A stretch of DNA of 64,000 bases, from assembly GCA_965225855.1 (NCBI GenBank), contig CBDDCK010000005.1:1184001-1248000 (forward strand), read 5' to 3'. Positions 1 through 9,564 of the stretch are shown here, piece by piece (the first letter of the stretch is position 1; each line of letters begins with the position of its first letter). The position numbers were made by a program, and so were the translations under genes. Below the pieces are notes generated by a model. That model saw only the letters and a list, made by a program, of their open reading frames with translations. It was not told where the DNA came from and did not search any database. This DNA is from Spirochaetia bacterium (GTDB lineage Bacteria; Spirochaetota; Spirochaetia; SP-2023).

Positions 1-504
1 CCGATTGGCAACTGGGACACCTCCAGCGTTACCAATATGAGCAGCATGTTTGCGGGTGAATATAATAAACCTACAGCCTTTAACCAGCCGATTGGGGCAT
101 GGGACACCTCCAGCGTTACCACTATGCGCAGCATGTTTTTTAGTGCCGAGGCCTTTAACCAGCCGATTGGCGACTGGGATACCTCACGCGTTACCGATAT
201 GTCGAGCATGTTTGCGTTTGCCAAGGCCTTTAACCAGCCGATTGGGCAATGGGACACCTCCAGCGTTACCACTATGGGGGGCATGATGGGGGGCATGTTT
301 GCGTTTGCCTGGGCCTTTAACCAGCCGATTGGTGGTTGGGATACCTCCAGCGTTACCGATATGTCGAGCATGTTTCAGGTTGCCAAGGCCTTTAACCGTG
401 ACCTAAGTGGCTGGGATACGTCCAGTGTTACAGAGAGTGATTATATGTTTGATAGTTCTCCACTGGGATACCAGCGCAGTAAGTGGCCTAGGGGTTTACG
501 CTAG
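1..504 (+). CDS. BspA/DUF285 leucine-rich-repeat surface protein, 3' part (5' end lies outside the window)
   Basis: Frame is open from base 1 ([17 protein letters not shown]...). Contains 25-aa repeats AFNQPIGxWDTSSVTxMxxMF. C-terminus is nearly identical to that of 1445..3508. Confidence 0.9.
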   Translation, partial: PIGNWDTSSVTNMSSMFAGEYNKPTAFNQPIGAWDTSSVTTMRSMFFSAEAFNQPIGDWDTSRVTDMSSMFAFAKAFNQPIGQWDTSSVTTMGGMMGGMFAFAWAFNQPIGGWDTSSVTDMSSMFQVAKAFNRDLSGWDTSSVTESDYMFDSSPLGYQRSKWPRGLR

Positions 505-627
505 GATATGCAATAGTAGCTATGTAGCTAGCAAGCGGGCGGTAGCCGGCTGGCTAGCTTTGGTGCCAAGTTGCCAAATGTCTGGACGGCCAATTTGCCA
601 ACAGTTTACCTTTAGTTTACCTTGTAA

Positions 628-867
628 TTGCTATAATATATCTTTCCGCATTCGATCAAGGCCTTGATCGGCCTTGCTGTAATATAACTTTCCGCACTCG
701 ATCAAGGTCTTGATCGGCCTTGCTATAATACCACTTTCCGCACTCGATCAAGGCCTTGATCGGCCTTGCTGTAATATAACTTTCCGCACTCGATCAAGGT
801 CTTGATCGGCCTTGCTATAATATATCTTTCCGCACTCGATCAAGGTCTTGATCGGCCTTGATATAAT
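628..867. repeat. Tandem array of 5 full plus 1 partial 46-bp units, each with an 18-bp palindrome
   Basis: Units start at 628, 674, 720, 766, 812 and 858 (partial). Consensus TTGCTRTAATATAWCTTTCCGCAYTCGATCAAGGYCTTGATCGGCC. Confidence 0.95.
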
Positions 868-885
868 GGGTGGTTACCAAGCCCG

Positions 886-1302
886 CTAACTTTTGCAAAT
901 ACTTTCTGTGGCAAACTGCTTGTGCAGCTTGGCAACATAATCGGCTTGACTGGTACTACGCGAAGCGAGCATGGCAATTTTGCGCCGTTGTGATGCAGCA
1001 GCTGCGGGCTTTATGGCCGGAACAGTCCCTATAAATTGTTTTTGCGGAAAGCGATAACGAAGTTCATCTAAAGCCAATACAGTTGCGGTGTTGCACAGCA
1101 ATAATACCAGCCGGCAAGGGTAGCAGGATAAAGCCAAAGCAATTACTTGGCAAATGCGTTCTCGCAGTTGGCTTTGCGGTTGTTCACCAAAAGGGAAATA
1201 AGCATTGTCGGCTAGGTAAATCCAGCGCATGGGCAGTTGGCGTAAATGGTGTAAATAGGCCAAGCCACCTATACCAGAGTCAAAGCAAAGAACAGTTTCC
1301 AT
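886..1302 (-). pseudogene. murI: Glutamate racemase, 3'-truncated (N-terminal half only)
   Basis: FDSGIGG, YFPFG, CNTAT and VPAIKPA motifs are present. ORF stops after about 138 aa and lacks the second catalytic GCTH motif of full-length MurI. Confidence 0.85.
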
Positions 1303-1385
1303 TTCCAAGTATTATGCAGATAGCTTGCCAGTTGTCAACCCTAAAAGGGTAGGCCAAAAAACTACACAAAAAGGCTGAAGCCCGT

Positions 1386-1438
1386 TTGACAATATGGGCT
1401 TTATGCCATATGGTAGCCAAACCTTAACTTATAAGGAG
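1386..1438 (+). promoter_or_regulatory. Putative sigma70 promoter and RBS of the BspA gene
   Basis: TTGACA (1386), 17-bp spacer, TATGGT; AAGGAG lies 6 nt before the ATG at 1445. Confidence 0.5.
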
Positions 1439-1444
1439 TATCAT

Positions 1445-3508
1445 ATGAAACCATATAACCATAGACGCCACCCACTTAGTGGGCTACTAAATGGGCCAGT
1501 AGCTGGCTGCATAGCGGTTTTTAGCTTATATGGGGCCATAGCCCTGCTAGCTGCCTGCAATACTTTGGCCCAGTCAAGGCCACAGAATTGTGAAGCCGTT
1601 AAGTACACCGCCAAGCCCCAAACGAAGGCCGAGCTGAAGGCCTTAATTAAAGCGGCCATCAAAAAAGACGGCCACACCACCAACCTAAACTATATCGACA
1701 CCTCGGCCATTAGCGATATGGCCTACCTATTTTCTGGTAAGACAGAGTTCAATGGCGATATTCGCTGTTGGGACACGTCCAGCGTTACCACTATGCGCAG
1801 TATGTTTTATGATGCCCGTGCCTTTAACCGTGATATTGGGGCGTGGGACACCTCTAAGGTTGGCAACATGGCAAATATGTTTGCCGGGGCTGCCAGCTTT
1901 AACCACGATATAAGTGCGTGGGATACCTCGGCCGTTGGCGATATGCAGGGAATATTTGATGGTTCACCACTGGCTAAGCAGCCTAAGCTGTTGACATTGC
2001 TTTCTTGCAAGATGACACCTACGGCTAAGCCGCAAACGAAGGCCGAGCTGCAGGCCTTAATCCAAGCGGCTATGGAAAAAGATGGCCTCACCGCCAGCCT
2101 AAACCATATCGACACTTCCGCCATTAGCGATATGTCCAGACTATTCTATGAGAGCGACTTTAATGGCGATATTCGCTGTTGGAACACCTCCAGCGTTACC
2201 ACTATGTCTGAAATGTTCCGTAAGGCCGAGGCCTTTAACCAGCCAATTGGCGACTGGGACACCTCCAGCGTTACCACTATGTCTGAAATGTTCCGTAAGG
2301 CCGAGGCCTTTAACCAGCCAATTGGCGACTGGGATACCTCTAGCGTTACCAATATGCAAAAGATATTCTCTTATGCCCGTGCCTTTAACCAGCCGATTGG
2401 CAACTGGGACACCTCCAGCGTTACCACTATGTCTGAAATGTTCCGTAAGGCCGAGGCCTTTAACCAGCCAATTGGCGACTGGGATACCTCTAGCGTTACC
2501 AATATGCAAAAGATATTCTCTTATGCCCGTGCCTTTAACCAGCCGATTGGTGGTTGGGACACCTCCAGCGTTACCACTATGTCTGAAATGTTCCGTAAGG
2601 CCGAGGCCTTTAACCAGCCGATTGGCAACTGGGACACCTCCAGCGTTACCTATATGTGGGGCATGTTTTATAGTGCCGATGCCTTTAACCAGCCGATTGG
2701 TGGTTGGGACACCTCTAGCGTTACCGATATGGAAGGCATGTTCTATAATGCCCGTGCCTTTAACCAGCCGATTGGGGCTTGGGACACCTCCAGCGTTACC
2801 TATATGTGGTGGATGTTTGCGGGTGCCGTGGCCTTTAACCAGCCGATTGGCAACTGGGACACCTCCAGCGTTACCGATATGCGCAGCATGTTTGAGGATG
2901 CCGTGGCCTTTAACCAGCCGATTGGGGATTGGGATACCTCTAGCGTTACCAATATGAGCAGCATGTTTGCGGGTGCATATGATAAACCTACAGCCTTTAA
3001 CCAGCCGATTGGGGACTGGGATACCTCCAGCGTTACCGATATGCGCAGCATGTTTGAGGATGCCGTGGCCTTTAACCAGCCGATTGGGGACTGGGATACC
3101 TCCAGCGTTACCAATATGAGCAGCATGTTTGCGGGTGCATATGATAAACCTACAGCCTTTAACCAGCCGATTGGGGACTGGGATACCTCCAGCGTTACCA
3201 CTATGCGCAGCATGTTTTGGTTTGCCGAGGCCTTTAACCAGCCGATTGGGGCTTGGGACACCTCCAGCGTTACCACTATGCGCAGCATGTTTTATAGTGC
3301 TGCTGCCTTTAACCAGCCGATTTGGGCTTGGGACACCTCCAGCGTTACCACTATGGGGGGCATGTTTGAGGGTGCCGTGGCCTTTAACCGTGACCTAAGT
3401 GGCTGGGATACGTCCAGTGTTACAGAGAGTGATTATATGTTTGATAGTTCTCCACTGGGATACCAGCGCAGTAAGTGGCCTAGGCGTTTACGCTGGGGTT
3501 TACGCTAG
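1445..3508 (+). CDS. BspA/DUF285 LRR surface lipoprotein with two N-cap/LRR modules
   Basis: RBS-supported ATG at 1445, hydrophobic stretch and lipobox LLAAC, duplicated cap [19 protein letters not shown], and 16 tandem 25/29-aa repeats. Confidence 0.92.
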   Translation: MKPYNHRRHPLSGLLNGPVAGCIAVFSLYGAIALLAACNTLAQSRPQNCEAVKYTAKPQTKAELKALIKAAIKKDGHTTNLNYIDTSAISDMAYLFSGKTEFNGDIRCWDTSSVTTMRSMFYDARAFNRDIGAWDTSKVGNMANMFAGAASFNHDISAWDTSAVGDMQGIFDGSPLAKQPKLLTLLSCKMTPTAKPQTKAELQALIQAAMEKDGLTASLNHIDTSAISDMSRLFYESDFNGDIRCWNTSSVTTMSEMFRKAEAFNQPIGDWDTSSVTTMSEMFRKAEAFNQPIGDWDTSSVTNMQKIFSYARAFNQPIGNWDTSSVTTMSEMFRKAEAFNQPIGDWDTSSVTNMQKIFSYARAFNQPIGGWDTSSVTTMSEMFRKAEAFNQPIGNWDTSSVTYMWGMFYSADAFNQPIGGWDTSSVTDMEGMFYNARAFNQPIGAWDTSSVTYMWWMFAGAVAFNQPIGNWDTSSVTDMRSMFEDAVAFNQPIGDWDTSSVTNMSSMFAGAYDKPTAFNQPIGDWDTSSVTDMRSMFEDAVAFNQPIGDWDTSSVTNMSSMFAGAYDKPTAFNQPIGDWDTSSVTTMRSMFWFAEAFNQPIGAWDTSSVTTMRSMFYSAAAFNQPIWAWDTSSVTTMGGMFEGAVAFNRDLSGWDTSSVTESDYMFDSSPLGYQRSKWPRRLRWGLR
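2204..3427 (+). repeat. Coding tandem repeat: 16 units of 75 bp (two of 87 bp) with a constant scaffold and a variable segment
   Basis: Constant GCCTTTAACCAGCCRATTGG...TGGGAYACCTCYAGCGTTACC alternates with variable MxxMFxxAx codons. Confidence 0.93.
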
Positions 3509-3631
3509 GATATGCAATAGTAGCTATGTAGCTAGCAAGCGGGCGGTAGCCGGCTGGCTCGCTTTGGTGCCAAGTTGCCAAATGTCTGGACGGCCAATTT
3601 GCCAACAGTTTACCTTTAGTTTACCTTGTAA

Positions 3632-3846
3632 TTGCTGTAATATAACTTTCCGCATTCGATCAAGGCCTTGATCGGCCTTGCTATAATATATCTTTCCGCA
3701 CTTGATCAAGGCCTTGATCGGCCTTGCTATAATATAACTTTCCGCACTTGATCAAGGCCTTGATCGGCCTTGCTATAATATATCTTTCCGCATTGGATCA
3801 AGGCCTTGATCGGCCTTGCTATAATATATCTTTCCGCATTCGATCG
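3632..3846. repeat. Second array of 46-bp palindromic units (4 full plus 1 partial)
   Basis: Units start at 3632, 3678, 3724, 3770 and 3816 (partial). Same consensus as 628-867. Confidence 0.95.
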
Positions 3847-3861
3847 TAGCCAAATTTATAG

Positions 3862-6144
3862 CTAAATCCCTATACCAATAAAATCTAGTTTAGACTGCTG
3901 AAACTCTAATTGCAGGCGGATTAAACGCCCATCGTCGAGTTTTATCATTAGCGTAGTTATATTAGCAGAGCACTTGCGTTGCACCACATACCCCAAGCCA
4001 TAGTCTAAATGCTCAACGCGAGCTCCAACCACAAATGGGTCATCTGCTTGCTTGTGTTGGATAGCTTGGGTTTTCTGTTGTTGGCGCTGTAGTTCTGCTG
4101 CCGAAAATTGTTTGCAACCCGCTAAATTCGGATTGCCAACGCTCTCTTGTTTTTGCGCTTGTTTTTGAATTTGGCTAAGGCTGCAATCCTCATAAAAGGC
4201 CTGATCTATTTCACGTAGCAAAGGCGAAGGTTCATAACTTTTACTGTTGCCATATAGTATGCGCAAACCCACAGCACTAAGGTATAATTCACTTTCGGCA
4301 CGGGTTATGGCAACATAGAATAAACGCCGTTCTTCTTCCATTTTCTGCGGGTCATCGAGTGCCTCAAGCTTGGGGAATATACCCAGCTCTAAGCCAGTAA
4401 CAAAAACCCGCTCAAACTCCAATCCTTTGGTATTGTGCATGGTAATTAAAATTGTTTGCTCTTCTTTGGTCTGCTCACTCTCGAGCTCTTCGGTTTCTAG
4501 TTCAATGCTTTCTAAGAAAGCAATTAAAGCTTGGCGGCCCCTACCATAGTGGCGCGCCTCTTCCAGCAGGCTATCAAAATTGCCACAACGCTCACTTAAT
4601 TCTTGCTCCTCTCGTTCGGTGTAATACGCCAACAAACCGCTGCGCTGTAGCACCTCCTGAATTAGCTCTAACAACAAAATACCTGTATCATGTTCATCTA
4701 GCAGCTTTTCAAGTTCCCCATAGGTTTGGAGAAATTGCTCCAAAGCATTGAGGCTGCGTTTGGCTAGGGCCTTGTGTTCCAACACTTGCTCCATTGCTTG
4801 GATAACGGTGGCCTCTCTATTTTCCGAAGCCGCATGTTCTATATTCGTTTGGATACTCTGCCAAACACGTGGCCCTAGGCCACGCTTAGGTTTGTTGTAG
4901 ATACGTTCTAGTGCTACTACATCACGCGGATTGGCCAAGCATTTTAAATAGGCTACAATATCTTTAACTTCTTCGCGGCGATAAAAGCTCAAGTTACCCA
5001 CCAATTTATAGGGAATATTCCATTGACGCAAAACCCGTTCAAAGGTACGCGACTGGGCATTGGTACGGTATAAAATAGCCGTATGCTGGGGCTTCTGCCG
5101 AATGCGTTGGGCAATGAATACGGCTTCGTCCTCGCAACTTGCAAATAAATGAAACTGTGGCAAACTGCCTCCGCTTTTGGTGGGACGCAATATTTTCCCC
5201 AAGCGTTTATGATTGTGCTGAATTACTTGGTTGGCCAATTCCAAAATAGGGGCACAAGAACGGTAGTTCTGTTCTAGTTTCAATATCTTAGCAGGCGCAA
5301 AATTCTTATGGAACTCTAAGATATGGCTCACCTGTGCACCACGAAAGCCATAGATAGATTGGTCTTCATCACCGACAATACAAAGTTCTTGGCCTTTTCG
5401 CCCCAGCAACAAGTGCAACAAGCGGTCTTGCAAAGGGTTGGAATCCTGATATTCATCTACTAAAATTCGGCAAAACCGTTGTTGCACTTGCGATTGCGCT
5501 TGCGCTTGTAGATGGGAATCTTGCTCAAGTAGTTGCACCGAAAGACCTAGCAAGTCGGCAAAATCGGCATTGCCAATCCGCTGTAAAGCCTGTTGGTACA
5601 AACAAAATGCTTCATAAAAGTCCGGTTCGCTACTAAAGCGTTCTAACTGTTCTTTTAAATCCTCTGAATCCTTTTGATAATAGCCCAAACCACAATCCTT
5701 AGCTTTGGCTATTAGCCGCTGCAGTTGCTTGGCTCTATTTCTACAACTAGGCCAAGCTTGTTTTAAAAGAGCTTGGGAGTCATCATCATCATAAATGGTA
5801 AAATTTGGCACCAGTCCGGCAGCTTGAGCATTGCGCCGCAGTAACCAGGCACCAAAAGCATGGAATGTACGGATTAACACTTGCTGGCTTTGTTCGGCAC
5901 TTAAACCATCGGTGATGAAACCAGCAGCTAAGCGTTCACGCATTTCGCGCACAGCGCGGTTGGTAAACGTTACTGCTAAAATCTTATATGGTGGAATATT
6001 TTGTTCTAAAATATGGTGGATTATACGGGCAATTACCACACGTGTTTTGCCCGAACCAGCCCCAGCATGCACCAGTAGATTAGAGCCATGATGATAAACA
6101 CACGCAAGCTGTTCTTGGTTTAAGTTGTCTAAATAAGATTTCAT
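3862..6144 (-). CDS. uvrD: UvrD/PcrA superfamily 1 DNA helicase
   Basis: AGAGSGKT, VTFTNRA, LVDEYQD, VGDEDQSIYGFRGA, LEQNYRS, KGLEF and EERRLFYVAITRA motifs. Confidence 0.95.
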   Translation of the reverse strand: MKSYLDNLNQEQLACVYHHGSNLLVHAGAGSGKTRVVIARIIHHILEQNIPPYKILAVTFTNRAVREMRERLAAGFITDGLSAEQSQQVLIRTFHAFGAWLLRRNAQAAGLVPNFTIYDDDDSQALLKQAWPSCRNRAKQLQRLIAKAKDCGLGYYQKDSEDLKEQLERFSSEPDFYEAFCLYQQALQRIGNADFADLLGLSVQLLEQDSHLQAQAQSQVQQRFCRILVDEYQDSNPLQDRLLHLLLGRKGQELCIVGDEDQSIYGFRGAQVSHILEFHKNFAPAKILKLEQNYRSCAPILELANQVIQHNHKRLGKILRPTKSGGSLPQFHLFASCEDEAVFIAQRIRQKPQHTAILYRTNAQSRTFERVLRQWNIPYKLVGNLSFYRREEVKDIVAYLKCLANPRDVVALERIYNKPKRGLGPRVWQSIQTNIEHAASENREATVIQAMEQVLEHKALAKRSLNALEQFLQTYGELEKLLDEHDTGILLLELIQEVLQRSGLLAYYTEREEQELSERCGNFDSLLEEARHYGRGRQALIAFLESIELETEELESEQTKEEQTILITMHNTKGLEFERVFVTGLELGIFPKLEALDDPQKMEEERRLFYVAITRAESELYLSAVGLRILYGNSKSYEPSPLLREIDQAFYEDCSLSQIQKQAQKQESVGNPNLAGCKQFSAAELQRQQQKTQAIQHKQADDPFVVGARVEHLDYGLGYVVQRKCSANITTLMIKLDDGRLIRLQLEFQQSKLDFIGIGI

Positions 6145-6416
6145 TGGCCAAAACTATAGCGGATATATAGTAGTTTGTCTCCCAGTATTTTACAGAACTA
6201 TCGTAACCATGAAATACTTAATTCTAAATTGATTTATGTTTTTGATTCAAAATACTTATAATGTTTATTCTGTCTACTAAAATTCTCGGCCCTCTGGTAA
6301 AAATCTTTTGCTGCTTATATTATCGGCTTCTGTAGCTGTAGCTAAAGTTTTAGCTTCTTTGGTCGATATACAAACCAAGCAATACCTTCGTCAAGGCATG
6401 CTTTTTTTGTGTTGGG

Positions 6417-6453
6417 GGGAGGCTCTAAAGGCTTGGGCCTCCCTTTTTCTTTT
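6417..6453 (+). terminator. Rho-independent terminator-like hairpin
   Basis: GGGAGGCTC-N9-GGGCCTCCC followed by TTTTTCTTTT. Confidence 0.6.
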
Positions 6454-6497
6454 ATTCCATAAATGAAAATTTTTACTTTTTTACTTTTGCTAAATTT

Positions 6498-6776
6498 ATG
6501 GCTACCAAGCCCAACCATGGCTTATCGGCTTTAAATGGCTTGGGCTCGGCTTCAAAAGACTTATACTCGGTTTATATAGACTTAGACTCGGTTGTTTATA
6601 GAGACTTAACCAAGGCTGAAACAATCTTAAAATCGGTTTATAGAGACTTTAAATCGGCTTCGCAAAACTTATACTTAGACTCGGTTCATAAAAAAACCTT
6701 AGAATCTATTCCTAAAGACTTAGATCGGGTTTATACAGACTTAAACTCGGTTTCAAAAAAATTATTTAGACGATAG
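6498..6776 (+). CDS. Small hypothetical heptad-repeat (coiled-coil-like) protein or remnant
   Basis: Degenerate 21-bp periodicity (AGACTTANACTCGGTTTATAN) encodes DLxSVYx. No clear RBS. Confidence 0.4.
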   Translation: MATKPNHGLSALNGLGSASKDLYSVYIDLDSVVYRDLTKAETILKSVYRDFKSASQNLYLDSVHKKTLESIPKDLDRVYTDLNSVSKKLFRR

Positions 6777-7021
6777 GCTATATATGGCAACCGATGGGCA
6801 ACACAAGGCCAATGCCAAGGCCCAACATATGGGAATTGATTGAGTACCAATGCCAAGGCCAAGCAAAAGGCCCAATATCCTTATTCTTGGTTACCCAACC
6901 AATGTATTGTTTCAGTCGGTTCAGATGGTTCAGTCGGTCTATAGGTTACTTAGTCGGTTTAGATGGTCTATCTGTCTACTAACTTTTTATGTTCGATGTT
7001 ACCCGATTACTCAAAACAAAT

Positions 7022-8689
7022 CTAAATATTATGAAAATTGGTTAATAGTTCCCCCAGTAAATAAAACGAACCGCAAATTACCATTAAATCTGGAGTGCCT
7101 TGCAATAAAGTTTGTAGGGCTTTCACCGGATTTTCCACGCTGGGCAGTAGGCGCGTATCTTGCGATTCTGCCAAGGCTCCACAAAAAGCTTGTTCTAGCT
7201 TCTCTAAATTATTTTCTTTAAAAGTGCCTGCACGGGTCAGCAAAATCTCATCGAAGTTAGGCGCCAAAATCGTTGCCATTTCGGCAAAATCCTTCCCTTG
7301 CACTGCTGCAAACAATAAGCTTAATTTTTTATCTTCATTAAGACAGTCGAGATAAGAAAACATATCATTTAGCAACCGTTGGCAAGAAACCGGAGTATGG
7401 GCCCCATCAAACAACAGCAAGCAACCATTCAGCCAATAAAGTGCAAAACGGCCTGGTAGCCGGCTATACTGTAGGCCTTCCAGAGCAGTTTCCCAGATTT
7501 TTTCACCAGCAGGCAAATAATTATGTTGCTCTAACACTTGTAAAGACAACAAAGCCAAAGCGATATTGTCTACTTGCGTACTGCTATAAGATGCCAATTC
7601 TAATGCGCTATGGCGAATAAAACCATCTAGCGCCATACTAAAATATAATTTATAAGGTTGTAGAAAAGTTTGTAAAATGGGTATATCCAATTCTTCTTCC
7701 AAGTGAATTGCATGCAATTTCTCGGTGTGAAAATTTTTAAAACAATTTTGTAACAAATACAAAGCACTTTTTTGGGAGTTGCTGTGCTTTTGCAACACAG
7801 CCTCAACTTCCGGAGATTGATGCGCTGAAACACAGGGCCGGCCAACTTTGATAATACCCGCCTTTTCTGCTGCAATCAGTTCTAAGCGGTCTCCCAATAT
7901 ATCGGTATGTTCTAGCTCTATGGCAGTGATAACAGAAAGTTCTGGAATCACTGCATTGGTTGGACACAACCGGCCACCGATGCCCGTTTCCAGTACAATC
8001 CAATCACAACCTGCTGCAGCAAAACTGCGGAAAGCCAGTAACGTCAATACCGCAAAAAAATTCAGTTGACACCAAGGCTCTCCTTGTTCTTTAGATTCGA
8101 CAGCATTGGAATCATTTTTAAAACAACCTTCAGAATCATCCCAATCATAAGCCCAGCAAAACTGTTTGAACTCATCGCGCAGTAAACCGCCTTGTTGTTG
8201 CAAAATTCCACTGATGTCAATGGATTCAATTTGCCATCGTCCTTTGGGAGCTTTGGAATCTAGTTGCCCTTGCTGTAAAGGCAATTCATGAAGAGCTCGA
8301 ATTTGCTTGCTTGAGGCTATATTTTTATTTACAAAAATATTATTTTCCCATTTAGACTGCAAAACTTGAATCCGCTCGTTATACGAATAAATATGGGGTG
8401 AACTAAACAAACCGACTTTCAGGCCCAACGCCGCCAAACTATGGGCAATGTAGCTGGCCGTTTGGCCTTTGCCTTTTGAACCCGCAATGTGAATAGTGCG
8501 GAATTTCTGCTGCGGTGACCCCAATTGAAAACACAATTTGCGAAATTGCACCGCACGCAATTCGGCTCTATCTTGTATGCGTTTATTTTTAGATACTTTG
8601 GAAATATAAGATTCTATCCAAGCCCAGAGCTCTTCGCAACTATTCATATTTTGCTCAAGTTCAATAAGTGTTGCGATCCATTGATTCAA
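7022..8689 (-). CDS. folC: Folylpolyglutamate synthase/dihydrofolate synthase
   Basis: IHIAGSKGKG, FSSPHI, LETGIGGR, EHTDILG, EKAGII, PGRF, DGAHTP and CGSFYL motifs. Confidence 0.93.
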   Translation of the reverse strand: MNQWIATLIELEQNMNSCEELWAWIESYISKVSKNKRIQDRAELRAVQFRKLCFQLGSPQQKFRTIHIAGSKGKGQTASYIAHSLAALGLKVGLFSSPHIYSYNERIQVLQSKWENNIFVNKNIASSKQIRALHELPLQQGQLDSKAPKGRWQIESIDISGILQQQGGLLRDEFKQFCWAYDWDDSEGCFKNDSNAVESKEQGEPWCQLNFFAVLTLLAFRSFAAAGCDWIVLETGIGGRLCPTNAVIPELSVITAIELEHTDILGDRLELIAAEKAGIIKVGRPCVSAHQSPEVEAVLQKHSNSQKSALYLLQNCFKNFHTEKLHAIHLEEELDIPILQTFLQPYKLYFSMALDGFIRHSALELASYSSTQVDNIALALLSLQVLEQHNYLPAGEKIWETALEGLQYSRLPGRFALYWLNGCLLLFDGAHTPVSCQRLLNDMFSYLDCLNEDKKLSLLFAAVQGKDFAEMATILAPNFDEILLTRAGTFKENNLEKLEQAFCGALAESQDTRLLPSVENPVKALQTLLQGTPDLMVICGSFYLLGELLTNFHNI

Positions 8690-9341
8690 ATTTAGAGCGC
8701 ACTTGTTGCAAGCGCTCTAAATCGCGCTGAATAATCGCTTGGTAGTCAATCGTTTGATCATTGATATTGGCTAATTCTGTTTGCCAGCTAGCCAAACGCT
8801 CTAGCTGCAACCATTTGTATTCCGGCTTGCTTGCTTCTATAGCCCAACGCAACACTTCTGACCAAAACTTCAAAGCCATTTTATAATAAGACTCTGCTTT
8901 GTCTAAAGAATCCAAATTACTACGCCGCCACGGTGCGTTGTAAAAATAGGCATTGTATTTGTCAAAGCGGTCAGCTAAATTCATGTGCTCTTTAACTAAC
9001 ATCAAATTGACATGCATTGTGAACAGTGCCTGATAATATTTCCATTCTTTCTTATCGTTAATTTTAGCCAACGCATTTAATGGATTGACAAACGGCGAAG
9101 AACGGGCTGCCAAAAGATAATTGATGTTACTCATAATATCTTCTGGATAATAATATAAATTTCTACGATATAGCTTGTAATATTGTTCAGCATACGCATA
9201 ACGGTATGCCGAAAGTATATTTAAAGAAAACAAACCCATTATCAAACATAAAAATATGTACTTATAATAGTGAAGATACTGTTGTGGCAATTTTCTGTTA
9301 TCCATATCATTCCTTTCGGCTAGAATCAATGACTTCTTCAC
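8661..9341 (-). CDS. Conserved hypothetical exported protein (spirochete-type)
   Basis: 226-aa ORF with an N-terminal hydrophobic segment; overlaps the folC start. Confidence 0.75.
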   Translation of the reverse strand: MKKSLILAERNDMDNRKLPQQYLHYYKYIFLCLIMGLFSLNILSAYRYAYAEQYYKLYRRNLYYYPEDIMSNINYLLAARSSPFVNPLNALAKINDKKEWKYYQALFTMHVNLMLVKEHMNLADRFDKYNAYFYNAPWRRSNLDSLDKAESYYKMALKFWSEVLRWAIEASKPEYKWLQLERLASWQTELANINDQTIDYQAIIQRDLERLQQVRSKFESMDRNTY

Positions 9342-9564
9342 ACGTCATTAATTTTTCATTGTTCTCTTTTTCGACAAAATTTTTGAACAATCCTTACATA
9401 TAGTAAAACGCTAGATTTTATCGCAGAACAATTTTACACTACTAAATTTTTTAAAAGAAATAAAATAATGATCTTGAAGCTTTTGAGAATATCGAAAATG
9501 TTGGTTTCTTGAAGTAATTTTATCATTGTATTCTTGCTTAACAATTATATTCATTCAAAGGCCT

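Noticed and set aside
407..667. ORFs 407..667 and 3399..3671, plus alternate-frame ORFs over the BspA genes (50..286, 2148..2957, 2800..3288)
   Set aside because: These are shadow frames produced by repeats and by the duplication, with no RBS or recognisable motifs.
628..867. 46-bp palindromic array as CRISPR
   Set aside because: There are no unique spacers; units 2 and 4 are identical and the variable part is only a few bases.
2204..3427. Constant/variable 75-bp periodicity resembling a CRISPR array or DGR variable region
   Set aside because: It is in-frame coding LRR sequence, the variation is not restricted to adenines, and no cas or reverse transcriptase gene lies in the window.
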